Made by a program: the position numbers and the translations under genes. DNA of 64,000 nt, taken from the NCBI GenBank assembly GCA_043820815.1, contig JBDRDJ010000020.1, forward strand, positions 23,436 to 87,435, in the 5' to 3' direction. Source of the stretch: Candidatus Omnitrophota bacterium (lineage in GTDB: Bacteria; Omnitrophota; Gorgyraeia; Duberdicusellales; 4484-171). Shown here in pieces: positions 1-8,469 of this stretch (positions are counted from its first letter, which is position 1; the number at the start of each line of letters is the position of its first letter). The notes beneath the pieces were generated by a model. That model saw only the letters and a list, made by a program, of their open reading frames with translations. It was not told where the DNA came from and did not search any database.

Positions 1-87
1 AGTTTTAATTCACAGCAGGGTTTTATTTTTTCCATGATGTTTGTTACTATTGCCTATTTTTACTTTAACTGAGTTCAGGAGATTAAA

Positions 88-1359
88 ATGCGCAAAAGAG
101 TAGAAGCAAAACTTATAGTTCAGAAGTACGGCGGAAGTTCCCTGGGGGATATTTCAAGAATAGAGAATGTGGCAAGGAGAATTGTTTCGTATTCCCGAAA
201 GGGCATGAGGATATTAGCCGTTGTTTCTGCCATGGGAGATACGACCGATAAATTGATTGAGCTTGCCAAGAAAATAAACCCCAACTATTCCGGGAGAGAA
301 ATGGATATGTTGATGTCAACAGGCGAACAAATATCAAGCGCCCTTCTGGCAATGGCCATACATAAACTCAATGTGGGAGCCATATCCTATACAGGTTCAC
401 AAGCGGGAATTATTACCGACACTCTTCATACCCAGGCTAAGATACGCACTATTAAAACCGTAGGCCGTATAAAAAATGAGCTGGCAAAAGGAAATGTAGT
501 GATTGTTACCGGATTTCAGGGGATTACCCCTGCTTTGGAGATAACTACTTTAGGAAGAGGGGGTTCGGATCTAAGCGCCGTTGCGCTTGCATTTGCCCTG
601 GATGCCGATAGCTGCGAAATCTATACTGATGTTGACGGCATTTATACAGCAGATCCCCGCATAGTGGCTGATGCGAAAAAGCTTAAATATATTACTTTTG
701 ATGAGATGCTTGAGCTTGCTTCAAGAGGCGCTCAGGTTATGCATACAAGGGCGATTGAGGTTGCAAAGAAGTTCAACATACCCTTGCATGTCAGAAGCAG
801 TTTTTTTAAGAAGGAGGGTACAATAATTATGGAAAAAACACCGATTATAGAAGAGCCCGTTGTAAGAGGAGTAACGCTTACTGATAACGAAGCAAAAATA
901 ACCCTTTGTAATGTTCCTGATAAGCCGGGAATAGCCGCAACTGTATTTACAAAACTCGCAAAGGAAAATGTTAATGTAGATATGATTGTTCAAAATGTAA
1001 GTCACAAAAAGATAACGGATATTTCTTTTACCGTGCCCAAAGCAGGGCTTCTTAAAACATGCAAAGTGGCAAAGAAAATAGCTGATGATATCGGCGCCGC
1101 AGGTATCGTTTCGGATGAAACAATAGCTAAAGTATCTATTGTGGGCGTTGGCATGAAGTCGCATTCGGGAGTTGCGGCAAAATGTTTTTCTACGCTTGCA
1201 AAGAATAAAATCAATATCGATATGATTTCTACTTCAGAAATAAGCATATCCTGTGTGGTTAAAGAATATTCGGGAAAGAAAGCGCTAAAGGCGTTACATA
1301 AAGCCTTTGGATTAAGTAGGGGCTCGCCCCCGCCCGTAATAAATATGAAAAATAAATAA
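88..1359 (+). CDS. lysC: aspartate kinase
   Basis: N-terminal KYGGSSLG and VVSAMGDTTD kinase motifs plus two C-terminal ACT-like segments. The last ~14 codons (SRGSPPPVINMKNK) are encoded by the REP-like element at 1316-1345. Confidence 0.93.
   Translation: MRKRVEAKLIVQKYGGSSLGDISRIENVARRIVSYSRKGMRILAVVSAMGDTTDKLIELAKKINPNYSGREMDMLMSTGEQISSALLAMAIHKLNVGAISYTGSQAGIITDTLHTQAKIRTIKTVGRIKNELAKGNVVIVTGFQGITPALEITTLGRGGSDLSAVALAFALDADSCEIYTDVDGIYTADPRIVADAKKLKYITFDEMLELASRGAQVMHTRAIEVAKKFNIPLHVRSSFFKKEGTIIMEKTPIIEEPVVRGVTLTDNEAKITLCNVPDKPGIAATVFTKLAKENVNVDMIVQNVSHKKITDISFTVPKAGLLKTCKVAKKIADDIGAAGIVSDETIAKVSIVGVGMKSHSGVAAKCFSTLAKNKINIDMISTSEISISCVVKEYSGKKALKALHKAFGLSRGSPPPVINMKNK
1316..1345 (+). 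repeat. REP-like element copy 1: GTAGGGGCTCGCCCCCGCCCGTAATAAATA
   Basis: GTAG head, a GC-rich core (degenerate stem GGGGC/GCCCC) and the exact tail CCCGTAATAAATA. It overlaps the lysC 3' end. Confidence 0.7.
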
Positions 1360-1370
1360 GGAGTAACAAT

Positions 1371-2933
1371 ATGAAGAAGGTATCTATCTACGATACGACG
1401 TTACGCGATGGTTCACAGACCGAGGGCATTTCCTATTCGCTAAAGGATAAGATAGCTATCGCCAAGAAACTCGACTCATTCGGTATCGATTTTATCGAAG
1501 GCGGATGGCCTTTTTCTAACCCCAAAGATAAAGAACTATTCGCATATTTTAAAAAGAACCGTCTTAAGAAATCGAAACTTGTGCCTTTCGGTTCGACTGC
1601 TCATCCGGCGAATCCGGCACAGAAGGATAAGAATCTTCTTAGTTTGCTAAAGGCCGATACCGAATATGTTACGATTTTCGGCAAGTCATGGGATTTACAC
1701 GTAAGGGATATTCTAAAGATAAACCTCGATGATAATTTAAAATTAATTACCGAAAGCGTTAAATTCCTTAAAAAAAGAAATAAAAAAGTTTTTTATGACG
1801 CCGAACATTTCTTCGATGGTTTTAATGCCAACCCGGTTTATGCTGTCGAGACTATTAAGGCTGCCTTGGCGGGAGGGTGTGATCTTTTAGTATTTTGCGA
1901 CACAAACGGAGGCATGCTGCCCTGGCAGGTGAGAGATGTTGTTGAAAAAGTCAAGGCGCAAATACGCCTTAACGGATTCGGTATTCACTGTCATAATGAT
2001 TTGGGGTTAGCGGTTGGTAATTCTTTGGTTTGTGTTTGTTGCGGGTGTATCCATATTCAGGGCACGATCAACGGCTATGGTGAGCGCTGCGGCAATGCTG
2101 ACCTTATTCCTATAATGGGTGCATTACAGCTAAAGATGGGTAAAAGGGTTGTTTCTAACCAGAAGATGAAAAGTTTAACAGCTCTTTCGTATTATGTGAG
2201 TGAAGTAAGCAATATGGTACATAAGGAAAATCAGCCTTTTGCGGGTAAAAGCGCTTTTTCTCATAAGGGAGGCATTCATATTGACGCAGTCATTAAGAAT
2301 CCGCTTGCATACGAACACATAGACCCTCAAGAAGTCGGCAACAGGCGCAAGTTTGTTGTTTCTGAGCTTGCCGGTAAATCTACACTTGTTGCAAAAGCAA
2401 AGGAATTAGAATATGATTTAGATAAGAAATCCCCGGCCGCTAAAAAACTCCACAGGCTCATTCAGAGGTTAGAAAATGAAGGCTATCAGTTTGAGGCGGC
2501 GGAAGGTTCTTTCAAGTTACTGCTTAAGAAAGAGTTGGGAAAATGTAAAAAATTCTTTGATCTATGCAGTTTCAGGGTAATCGTTGAGAAAAGGGAAGAT
2601 AACAAACTAATTTCCGAGGCAACAATCAAGCTGAGGATAGACAATAAATTGGAGCACACAGCTTCCGAAGGCGACGGCCCGGTTAACGCATTGGATAATG
2701 CTTTGAGAAAAGCCCTTGAGAAATTCTACCCTCAATTGGCAGGCATGCATCTCATTGATTTTAAAGTCCGGGTATTGGATGAAAAAAGCTCAACCGCCGC
2801 AAAGGTCAGGGTTTTGATTGAATCTCAGGATGAAAACGAAAGCTGGTCAACCGTGGGGGTTTCCGAAAATATCATCGAGGCCTCCTGGCATGCTTTGGTT
2901 GATTCGGTTGAATATAAACTTCTTAAAGACTAA
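1371..2933 (+). CDS. cimA: (R)-citramalate synthase (LeuA/HMGL-like family, CimA type)
   Basis: IYDTTLRDGSQTEGIS start, HCHNDLG metal site and a C-terminal LeuA-dimer-like regulatory domain, 520 aa. It is distinct from the canonical leuA at 8470. SD AAGGAG at 1358-1363. Confidence 0.8.
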   Translation: MKKVSIYDTTLRDGSQTEGISYSLKDKIAIAKKLDSFGIDFIEGGWPFSNPKDKELFAYFKKNRLKKSKLVPFGSTAHPANPAQKDKNLLSLLKADTEYVTIFGKSWDLHVRDILKINLDDNLKLITESVKFLKKRNKKVFYDAEHFFDGFNANPVYAVETIKAALAGGCDLLVFCDTNGGMLPWQVRDVVEKVKAQIRLNGFGIHCHNDLGLAVGNSLVCVCCGCIHIQGTINGYGERCGNADLIPIMGALQLKMGKRVVSNQKMKSLTALSYYVSEVSNMVHKENQPFAGKSAFSHKGGIHIDAVIKNPLAYEHIDPQEVGNRRKFVVSELAGKSTLVAKAKELEYDLDKKSPAAKKLHRLIQRLENEGYQFEAAEGSFKLLLKKELGKCKKFFDLCSFRVIVEKREDNKLISEATIKLRIDNKLEHTASEGDGPVNALDNALRKALEKFYPQLAGMHLIDFKVRVLDEKSSTAAKVRVLIESQDENESWSTVGVSENIIEASWHALVDSVEYKLLKD

Positions 2934-2954
2934 ACAAGGAATATAAAGGCTTAA

Positions 2955-2984
2955 CCCCGGGCATGCCCGTCCCGATAATAAAAT
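2955..2984 (+). repeat. REP-like element copy 2 (diverged): CCCCGGGCATGCCCGTCCCGATAATAAAAT
   Basis: The 12-bp perfect palindrome CGGGCATGCCCG at 2958-2969, then the tail variant CCCGATAATAAAAT. It lies 22 nt after the cimA stop. Confidence 0.55.
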
Positions 2985-3056
2985 CAATAAAATTGATACC
3001 ATAAACGTAATAAAAATTATGAATCATTCAAAATATAACATCGATAAAACAGATTA

Positions 3057-3084
3057 TTGTCATTTTGTCTTTAAATGATATAAT
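3057..3084 (+). promoter_or_regulatory. candidate sigma70-type promoter for ilvB (TTGTCA-16-TGaTATAAT)
   Basis: -35 at 3057-3062 and -10 at 3079-3084 with an upstream TG. It sits in a 226-nt AT-rich gap, the only large gap in the lysC-leuA array. Confidence 0.45.
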
Positions 3085-3159
3085 TTAAAAGCGTTAATAT
3101 GTATGTATTTAGGTATCTTATTAATATAATAAGTACATATAAAAAGTTGGAGATTAGAG

Positions 3160-4860
3160 ATGAAAGGTTCAAAAATTCTTGTTGAATGTCTCATTAAAGA
3201 GGGCGTGGATGTGATTTTTGGCTATCCCGGGGGGTCAATTATTCCCTTTTTTGATTCTCTTTACGATGCCCCTATTAAGTTTTTCCTGACCCGGCATGAG
3301 CAGGCAGCTGCTCATGCTGCTGACGGGTATGCCCGTTCTACCGGTAAAACCGGAGTTTGCGTTGCAACCAGCGGCCCAGGGGCTACAAATTTAACAACCG
3401 GCATAGCGACTGCGCATATGGATTCGGTTCCCATGGTTGCAATTACCGGCCAGGTTAAAACTTCCTTGATAGGAAACGATGCTTTTCAGGAGGCTGATAT
3501 AACCGGCATAAGCCGTTCCATCAGCAAGCATAACTATCTTGTTAAAAAGGTTGAAGATTTATCATATACGGTAAAGGAAGCGTTTTATCTTGCAAATAGC
3601 GGGCGCCCCGGCCCGGTTGTTATTGATCTTCCCGTTGATATTCAGCTGCAAGATACCGAATTTAAATACTTTGAGAAGATTGATATTCGTAGTTACCATC
3701 CAACGCTTTTCGAGCATCCCGGACAGATAAAAAAAGTCCTTAAACATATTTATAAAGCAAAGCGTCCCGTGATCATTGCCGGAGGAGGCGTTATTATCTC
3801 AGGGGCAAGCCACGAGCTTTTGCAGTTTGCCGAGTGTGCAAATATTCCTGTTACCGAAACCCTTATGGGTTTAGGGGGGTTTCCTTCGACGCATAAGCTT
3901 TCGCTGGGCATGCCCGGCATGCACGGAACTGTCTATGCCAATATGGCGATAACCGAAAGCGATTTGCTTATCTCTATCGGGTCCCGTTTTGACGACAGGG
4001 TTACAGGAAAGATTGATGAATTTGCCCCGGGAGCCAAAATTATTCACATAGACATAGACCCTACTTCCATAAGTAAAAATATAAGCGTTGATGTCCCTAT
4101 TGTGGGAGATGCCCGGAATGTTTTGCGTCAGCTTATTGATGAGTTTGACCGGTCTAAAATTCCGGATTTAGCGCCGTGGCATAAAAAAATAAAGGATTGG
4201 AAAAGAAAGCACCCGCTTTCTTATAAAAAGAGCCTAAAGGAAAAAATAAAGCCCCAGCATGTCATTGAAGAGCTTTATGCTAAAACAAAAGGCGGTGCTA
4301 TTATCGTTACTGAGGTCGGCCAAAATCAAATGTGGGCCGCACAGTATTATAAGGCTGACTACCCGAGGCATTTTCTCTCAAGCGGCGGGTTAGGAACTAT
4401 GGGTTATGGTTTTCCTGCAGCTATTGGGGCAAAAGTGGCAAATCCTTCTAAAGAAGTGGTGGTTATAGCCGGCGACGGGTCGATTCAAATGAACATACAG
4501 GAATTAGCCACTTTGAGCACTTACAATATTAACGTGAAAATAATAATTCTTAACAATCATTACCTTGGCATGGTTCGTCAATGGCAGGAGTTATTTTACA
4601 ACCGGCGTTATTCAGGAACCCATTTAAAAAATCCTGATTTTGTTAAAGTTGCTCAAGGCTATGGCATAAAAGGCATTCAGGTAAGAAAGCCAAGCGAAGT
4701 TAAAAAGGCAATAAAAGAAATTATCTCTTACAAGGGGCCGGTCATGGCTGATTTTTTAATCGAGGAAGAAGAAAATGTCTTTCCTATGGTTCCCGCGGGA
4801 GAGGCGATTAACAGGATGATCGGGGGGAATGGCGTAGAAAAATTAAAAATCAAATATTAA
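3160..4860 (+). CDS. ilvB: acetolactate synthase large (catalytic) subunit
   Basis: ThDP-enzyme motifs GYPGGSIIPFFD, HEQAAAHAADGYAR, SGPGATNL and GDGSIQMNIQEL. The C-terminal EKLKIKY is encoded by a heptamer array. Confidence 0.93.
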   Translation: MKGSKILVECLIKEGVDVIFGYPGGSIIPFFDSLYDAPIKFFLTRHEQAAAHAADGYARSTGKTGVCVATSGPGATNLTTGIATAHMDSVPMVAITGQVKTSLIGNDAFQEADITGISRSISKHNYLVKKVEDLSYTVKEAFYLANSGRPGPVVIDLPVDIQLQDTEFKYFEKIDIRSYHPTLFEHPGQIKKVLKHIYKAKRPVIIAGGGVIISGASHELLQFAECANIPVTETLMGLGGFPSTHKLSLGMPGMHGTVYANMAITESDLLISIGSRFDDRVTGKIDEFAPGAKIIHIDIDPTSISKNISVDVPIVGDARNVLRQLIDEFDRSKIPDLAPWHKKIKDWKRKHPLSYKKSLKEKIKPQHVIEELYAKTKGGAIIVTEVGQNQMWAAQYYKADYPRHFLSSGGLGTMGYGFPAAIGAKVANPSKEVVVIAGDGSIQMNIQELATLSTYNINVKIIILNNHYLGMVRQWQELFYNRRYSGTHLKNPDFVKVAQGYGIKGIQVRKPSEVKKAIKEIISYKGPVMADFLIEEEENVFPMVPAGEAINRMIGGNGVEKLKIKY

Positions 4861-4885
4861 AAATCAAAATGAGAAAATAAAAATA
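4837..4885 (+). repeat. heptamer-phased array, NAAAAAT family (7 units)
   Basis: GAAAAAT TAAAAAT CAAATAT TAAAAAT CAAAATG AGAAAAT AAAAATA. It spans the ilvB stop codon at 4858-4860. Confidence 0.75.
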
Positions 4886-4887
4886 TT

Positions 4888-4924
4888 GTAGGGGCCGGCC
4901 TCTGTGCCGGCCCGATGCAATAGA
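4888..4924 (+). repeat. REP-like element copy 3: GTAGGGGCCGGCCTCTGTGCCGGCCCGATGCAATAGA
   Basis: GTAG head, the 8-bp stem GGGCCGGC (4892-4899)/GCCGGCCC (4906-4913) with a 6-nt loop, and a tail variant. Confidence 0.7.
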
Positions 4925-4942
4925 GAATCCTTGGAGGTTGCA

Positions 4943-5416
4943 ATGAAACATACGATACAAGCGTTGGTTGAGAATAAGTTTGGTGTATTAGCAAGGGTGG
5001 CTTCTCTTTTTAGCGCCCGCGGATATAACATAAGTTCCCTCGCCGTTGGAGAAACTCATGACCCCAGCGTTTCATGTATGACTTTGGTTGTGGATGCACC
5101 GGATGAGAGAATTTTAGAACAAATAAAGAAGCAGCTGCACAAGCTGATAGATGTGATTGCGGTAGTTGATTTCACCCGGAAGGACCACATCGACAGAGAG
5201 CTTATTCTCATAAAAATTGCCAAGAAGCCAAAAAGCAAACCTGTTATTGATAAGTTAACAAAAGCTTATCCCGTAGAAATTATTGAAGAAAAAGACTCAT
5301 ATTACATAATTGAAGTCTATGCCCAGATGAAGCAGGAAGAGGAGATTTTGAAACAACTTAAGCAAATAGGCATAAAGGAACTGGTAAGGTCGGGTAAGAT
5401 CGCTATCGGTAAATAA
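4943..5416 (+). CDS. ilvN: acetolactate synthase small (regulatory) subunit
   Basis: ACT domain ([26 protein letters not shown]). I chose ATG 4943, preceded by GGAGG at 4933-4937. The track ORF start at 4904 (GTG) lies inside the upstream hairpin repeat. Confidence 0.9.
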   Translation: MKHTIQALVENKFGVLARVASLFSARGYNISSLAVGETHDPSVSCMTLVVDAPDERILEQIKKQLHKLIDVIAVVDFTRKDHIDRELILIKIAKKPKSKPVIDKLTKAYPVEIIEEKDSYYIIEVYAQMKQEEEILKQLKQIGIKELVRSGKIAIGK

Positions 5417-5417
5417 T

Positions 5418-5454
5418 GCAGGGGCGGGGCGCTTGCCTGCGCCCGTAATAAATA
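5418..5454 (+). repeat. REP-like element copy 4: GCAGGGGCGGGGCGCTTGCCTGCGCCCGTAATAAATA
   Basis: The 6-bp stem GGGCGC (5427-5432)/GCGCCC (5439-5444), the alternative pairing GCAGG/CCTGC, and the exact tail CCCGTAATAAATA at 5442-5454. Confidence 0.7.
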
Positions 5455-5474
5455 ACGAAATAAGGAGGAATAAA

Positions 5475-6470
5475 ATGGCAAAGGTTTACTATGATCAGGA
5501 CGCGGATTTAGATTTAATAAAGGCAAAAAAGATTGCAATTATCGGCTATGGTATCCAAGGGCGCGGCCAGGCATTGTGCCTTCGTGATTCCGGGTGTAAC
5601 GTTATTGTTTCAGAGGTTCCCGGGACAGAAAACTATAGCCAGGCCCAGAAGGATGGTTTTGAGCCTGTTGATGCAGCACTTGCTGCTAAAAAAGCGGGTG
5701 TAATACAGATTTTAACCCAGGATCATGTTCAGGCAAAAGTATATAAGGAAAGCATAAAATCGCAGCTTAAAAAAGGCAAATCTCTCTGTTTTTCGCACGG
5801 ATTTAATATAAGGTTTAAGCAAATAAGGCCGCCCAAAAAGGTAGATGTATTTATGGTTGCCCCCAAAGGCCCGGGCGCGCTTGTGCGCCGGATGTATGAA
5901 CAGGGAAAAGGAGTGCCATGTTTAATAGCCGTGCATCAGGATATATCCGGGTCTGCAAAGCAGTTAGCTCTCTCATACGCAAAAGCTATTGGCGGAACAA
6001 GAATGGGTGTAATTGAAACTACTTTTACAGAGGAAACAGAGACTGATTTATTCGGTGAGCAGGCTGTTCTTTGCGGCGGAGTGGCCGAACTTATCAAAGC
6101 CGGTTTTGATACGCTTATGGATGCAGGATACCAGCCGGAGATTGCCTATTTCGAAGTTCTCCATGAGTTAAAATTGATTACGGATTTAATACAAGAGGCA
6201 GGTATCAGCGGGATGAGAAGAAAGGTTTCTAACACCGCCTGTTACGGAGATTTAACCCGCGGGCCTCGCGTAATCGATACTAAGGTCAGAAAAACAATGA
6301 AAAAGATGTTAAAAGAGATTCAATCCGGAAAGTTTGCCAGAGAATGGATTAAAGAGAATGAATCCGGAAGAGAAAGTTTTAACAACCTGCTCAAAGCCGG
6401 CGATTCACATCCTATTGAAGAAGTCGGTAAAAAGTTAAGAGAAATGATGCCCTGGATGAAAGAGGGTTAA
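5475..6470 (+). CDS. ilvC: ketol-acid reductoisomerase
   Basis: The [19 protein letters not shown] Rossmann motif and full-length class I KARI similarity. ATG 5475 follows AAGGAGG at 5462-5468. The track start at 5433 lies within the repeat. Confidence 0.95.
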   Translation: MAKVYYDQDADLDLIKAKKIAIIGYGIQGRGQALCLRDSGCNVIVSEVPGTENYSQAQKDGFEPVDAALAAKKAGVIQILTQDHVQAKVYKESIKSQLKKGKSLCFSHGFNIRFKQIRPPKKVDVFMVAPKGPGALVRRMYEQGKGVPCLIAVHQDISGSAKQLALSYAKAIGGTRMGVIETTFTEETETDLFGEQAVLCGGVAELIKAGFDTLMDAGYQPEIAYFEVLHELKLITDLIQEAGISGMRRKVSNTACYGDLTRGPRVIDTKVRKTMKKMLKEIQSGKFAREWIKENESGRESFNNLLKAGDSHPIEEVGKKLREMMPWMKEG

Positions 6471-6527
6471 AAAACGAAACCATTAAATAATTTCGAGAGA
6501 AACGTTTCATTAAGAGAGGGGGGATAT

Positions 6528-8459
6528 ATGCCTAAAAAATTAATAAGTGCAATTTTGGCGGCGGCTTTAATTGCCTCAGCCGGCGTATTTGTTTATAAAA
6601 CTTTCTTTGCCCCTTCGGGAGTTGTTAATATTGCCAGTATTGTCCCTGAATCAGCAATTTATTATGTTTATAGCCATGATATCAAGGGCAAAATAGAAAG
6701 ATTCTGGGCATCAAAAATAGGCGCTAAGATTTCCAGTTTAGAACTATATAAAAAAAATATTGCACCGAATTTTAAGGAAATAAAAAAGCCCTTTTCTTTA
6801 GTGGAAGATTTCTTAGAAAATGATACGGTTGTTGCGATTTTTTCATATAGTAATTTCATGGACGGCAGTAAGGATTTTAAGACTAAGGTGGGAGATTATC
6901 TTTTGGTAACGCGTGTGGGCAAGAAGCAAGATATCAAAAAGAAAATTCTTGATGCCGCTCTTTCTTTAACCGATGGTAAAAATACCACTTCATCTAAATA
7001 TAAAGGGATAAATATAACCGCAGTCAATATTCCCAAAGAAAATATTACTTTGCGGTATGCGATTTTCGGCAATGTTTTAGCGTTGAGCGAAAGCGAAGAT
7101 ATTTTAAAGAAGTCTATCGATTTGTTTAAAGGCGAAAGCCCTGATTCGCTGGCTTTTAGCCAGGCATATAAGCAAATTATTGAAGGCCGCAGGCAGGAAA
7201 TAGAAGATTCGGTAATCTGGGCATATACAAACCATATAAATTATTACAAGCCTTTCTACAAGGAAATGTCAAAAGCCTCCCAGGGTAATGCTGCTTCCTT
7301 AATGCCGGATGTTCTTAGCCGGATGAAACGGTTTACCGAGATGCAGATTGCCAGTTTAACTTTGCTCTTTTATGATAGTTCAAAAAACAGCTTGTCCGTA
7401 AAGGCGTATCAGGCATTTGATGAGAACAAAGATGAAATGGGCATTGTAAAATTGTTCAGACAATCAGAAGGGATTAATAAAACTAACCTCAACTCAATAC
7501 CCGGCGGCATAATAGCCTGTTCGGTTTTTTCGGTGAATATGATAGAGATTATAAGTAAGATGTATAATATTTTTTCTGAGATGATGGCAGAGTCTGCCCC
7601 CGGCGCTAAGGTGGCAGGAAATCATAAACCTTATGATTTTTCAACTCTAATAAAGAATTACACGGGTATTGATTTTGATGAAGAGGTTAAACCCTATATG
7701 GGAAATATTTCCGGATTCATTGTGCACTCTATCGAAGAGGCCGCCTTGCCCAAGAAGAAAGGCCAGGGGCACATGCAGGATATCACGGTTCCCTTTCCCG
7801 GGATATCCCTGTTTATAGAATTATCTGATTCTGACATATCACTTCTTGCGGCAAACAAAGCAATGAAAAAATTAGTGTCTGCCGTGAATGAGTTTGCAAA
7901 AAGCCGGATTCCCTCTGAGGGGTTTTCTTTGGAGCCGCCTGATTTATCTAAGTTGGCGGATAATGCCGAAGAATTGTTTTTAGGCCAAAAGAGAAGCGAT
8001 TTGATTACCATTGAAGAAAGTTCCTACAAGGGTACAAAATTATCTGTTTTAAAACTAAAAGATGCTTTTATAGAGCCCGCTTACACATTTATTAATAATA
8101 ATTTAGTGATATCGCTAACCGAAAAGTCAGTAAAGGATATGGTTGACGTTTATACCGTAAGCATACCCTCACTTGATAAGACTATTGTTGACGATAAGTT
8201 GTCTTTGGGCATGCTCGATAACTACAGTGTATTGTATTACTTTGATATCAATAAATTTATTAAACAGCTTACTGAAACAGGGGCTTTTAAATCATTCTCT
8301 CCTTTTATAGGAATGGCAAGCGGCGGTAAAGCAAACGCCGATGACTTAAACCAAATACTCGATATTATCGATGATTTAGGGGTTTTCGTTCAAACTTCCC
8401 GTTTCAAAAATGATGGCATTGCAGAAAGCATTTTTTATGTTCAAATGGAAGGGCTATAG
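6528..8459 (+). CDS. hypothetical membrane-anchored protein (643 aa, one N-terminal TM helix). From memory it may be DUF3352-like; unverified.
   Basis: Long uninterrupted ORF with SD GAGGGGGG upstream and N-terminal hydrophobic helix AILAAALIASAGVFVY. I recognise no catalytic motifs. Confidence 0.6.
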   Translation: MPKKLISAILAAALIASAGVFVYKTFFAPSGVVNIASIVPESAIYYVYSHDIKGKIERFWASKIGAKISSLELYKKNIAPNFKEIKKPFSLVEDFLENDTVVAIFSYSNFMDGSKDFKTKVGDYLLVTRVGKKQDIKKKILDAALSLTDGKNTTSSKYKGINITAVNIPKENITLRYAIFGNVLALSESEDILKKSIDLFKGESPDSLAFSQAYKQIIEGRRQEIEDSVIWAYTNHINYYKPFYKEMSKASQGNAASLMPDVLSRMKRFTEMQIASLTLLFYDSSKNSLSVKAYQAFDENKDEMGIVKLFRQSEGINKTNLNSIPGGIIACSVFSVNMIEIISKMYNIFSEMMAESAPGAKVAGNHKPYDFSTLIKNYTGIDFDEEVKPYMGNISGFIVHSIEEAALPKKKGQGHMQDITVPFPGISLFIELSDSDISLLAANKAMKKLVSAVNEFAKSRIPSEGFSLEPPDLSKLADNAEELFLGQKRSDLITIEESSYKGTKLSVLKLKDAFIEPAYTFINNNLVISLTEKSVKDMVDVYTVSIPSLDKTIVDDKLSLGMLDNYSVLYYFDINKFIKQLTETGAFKSFSPFIGMASGGKANADDLNQILDIIDDLGVFVQTSRFKNDGIAESIFYVQMEGL

Positions 8460-8469
8460 GTTAAAGTAG

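Noticed and set aside
4837-4924. Possible CRISPR array or other spaced repeats, suggested by the many short repeats.
   Set aside because: The units are 7 nt and contiguous, not 24-48 nt repeats separated by unique spacers. No cas genes are present.
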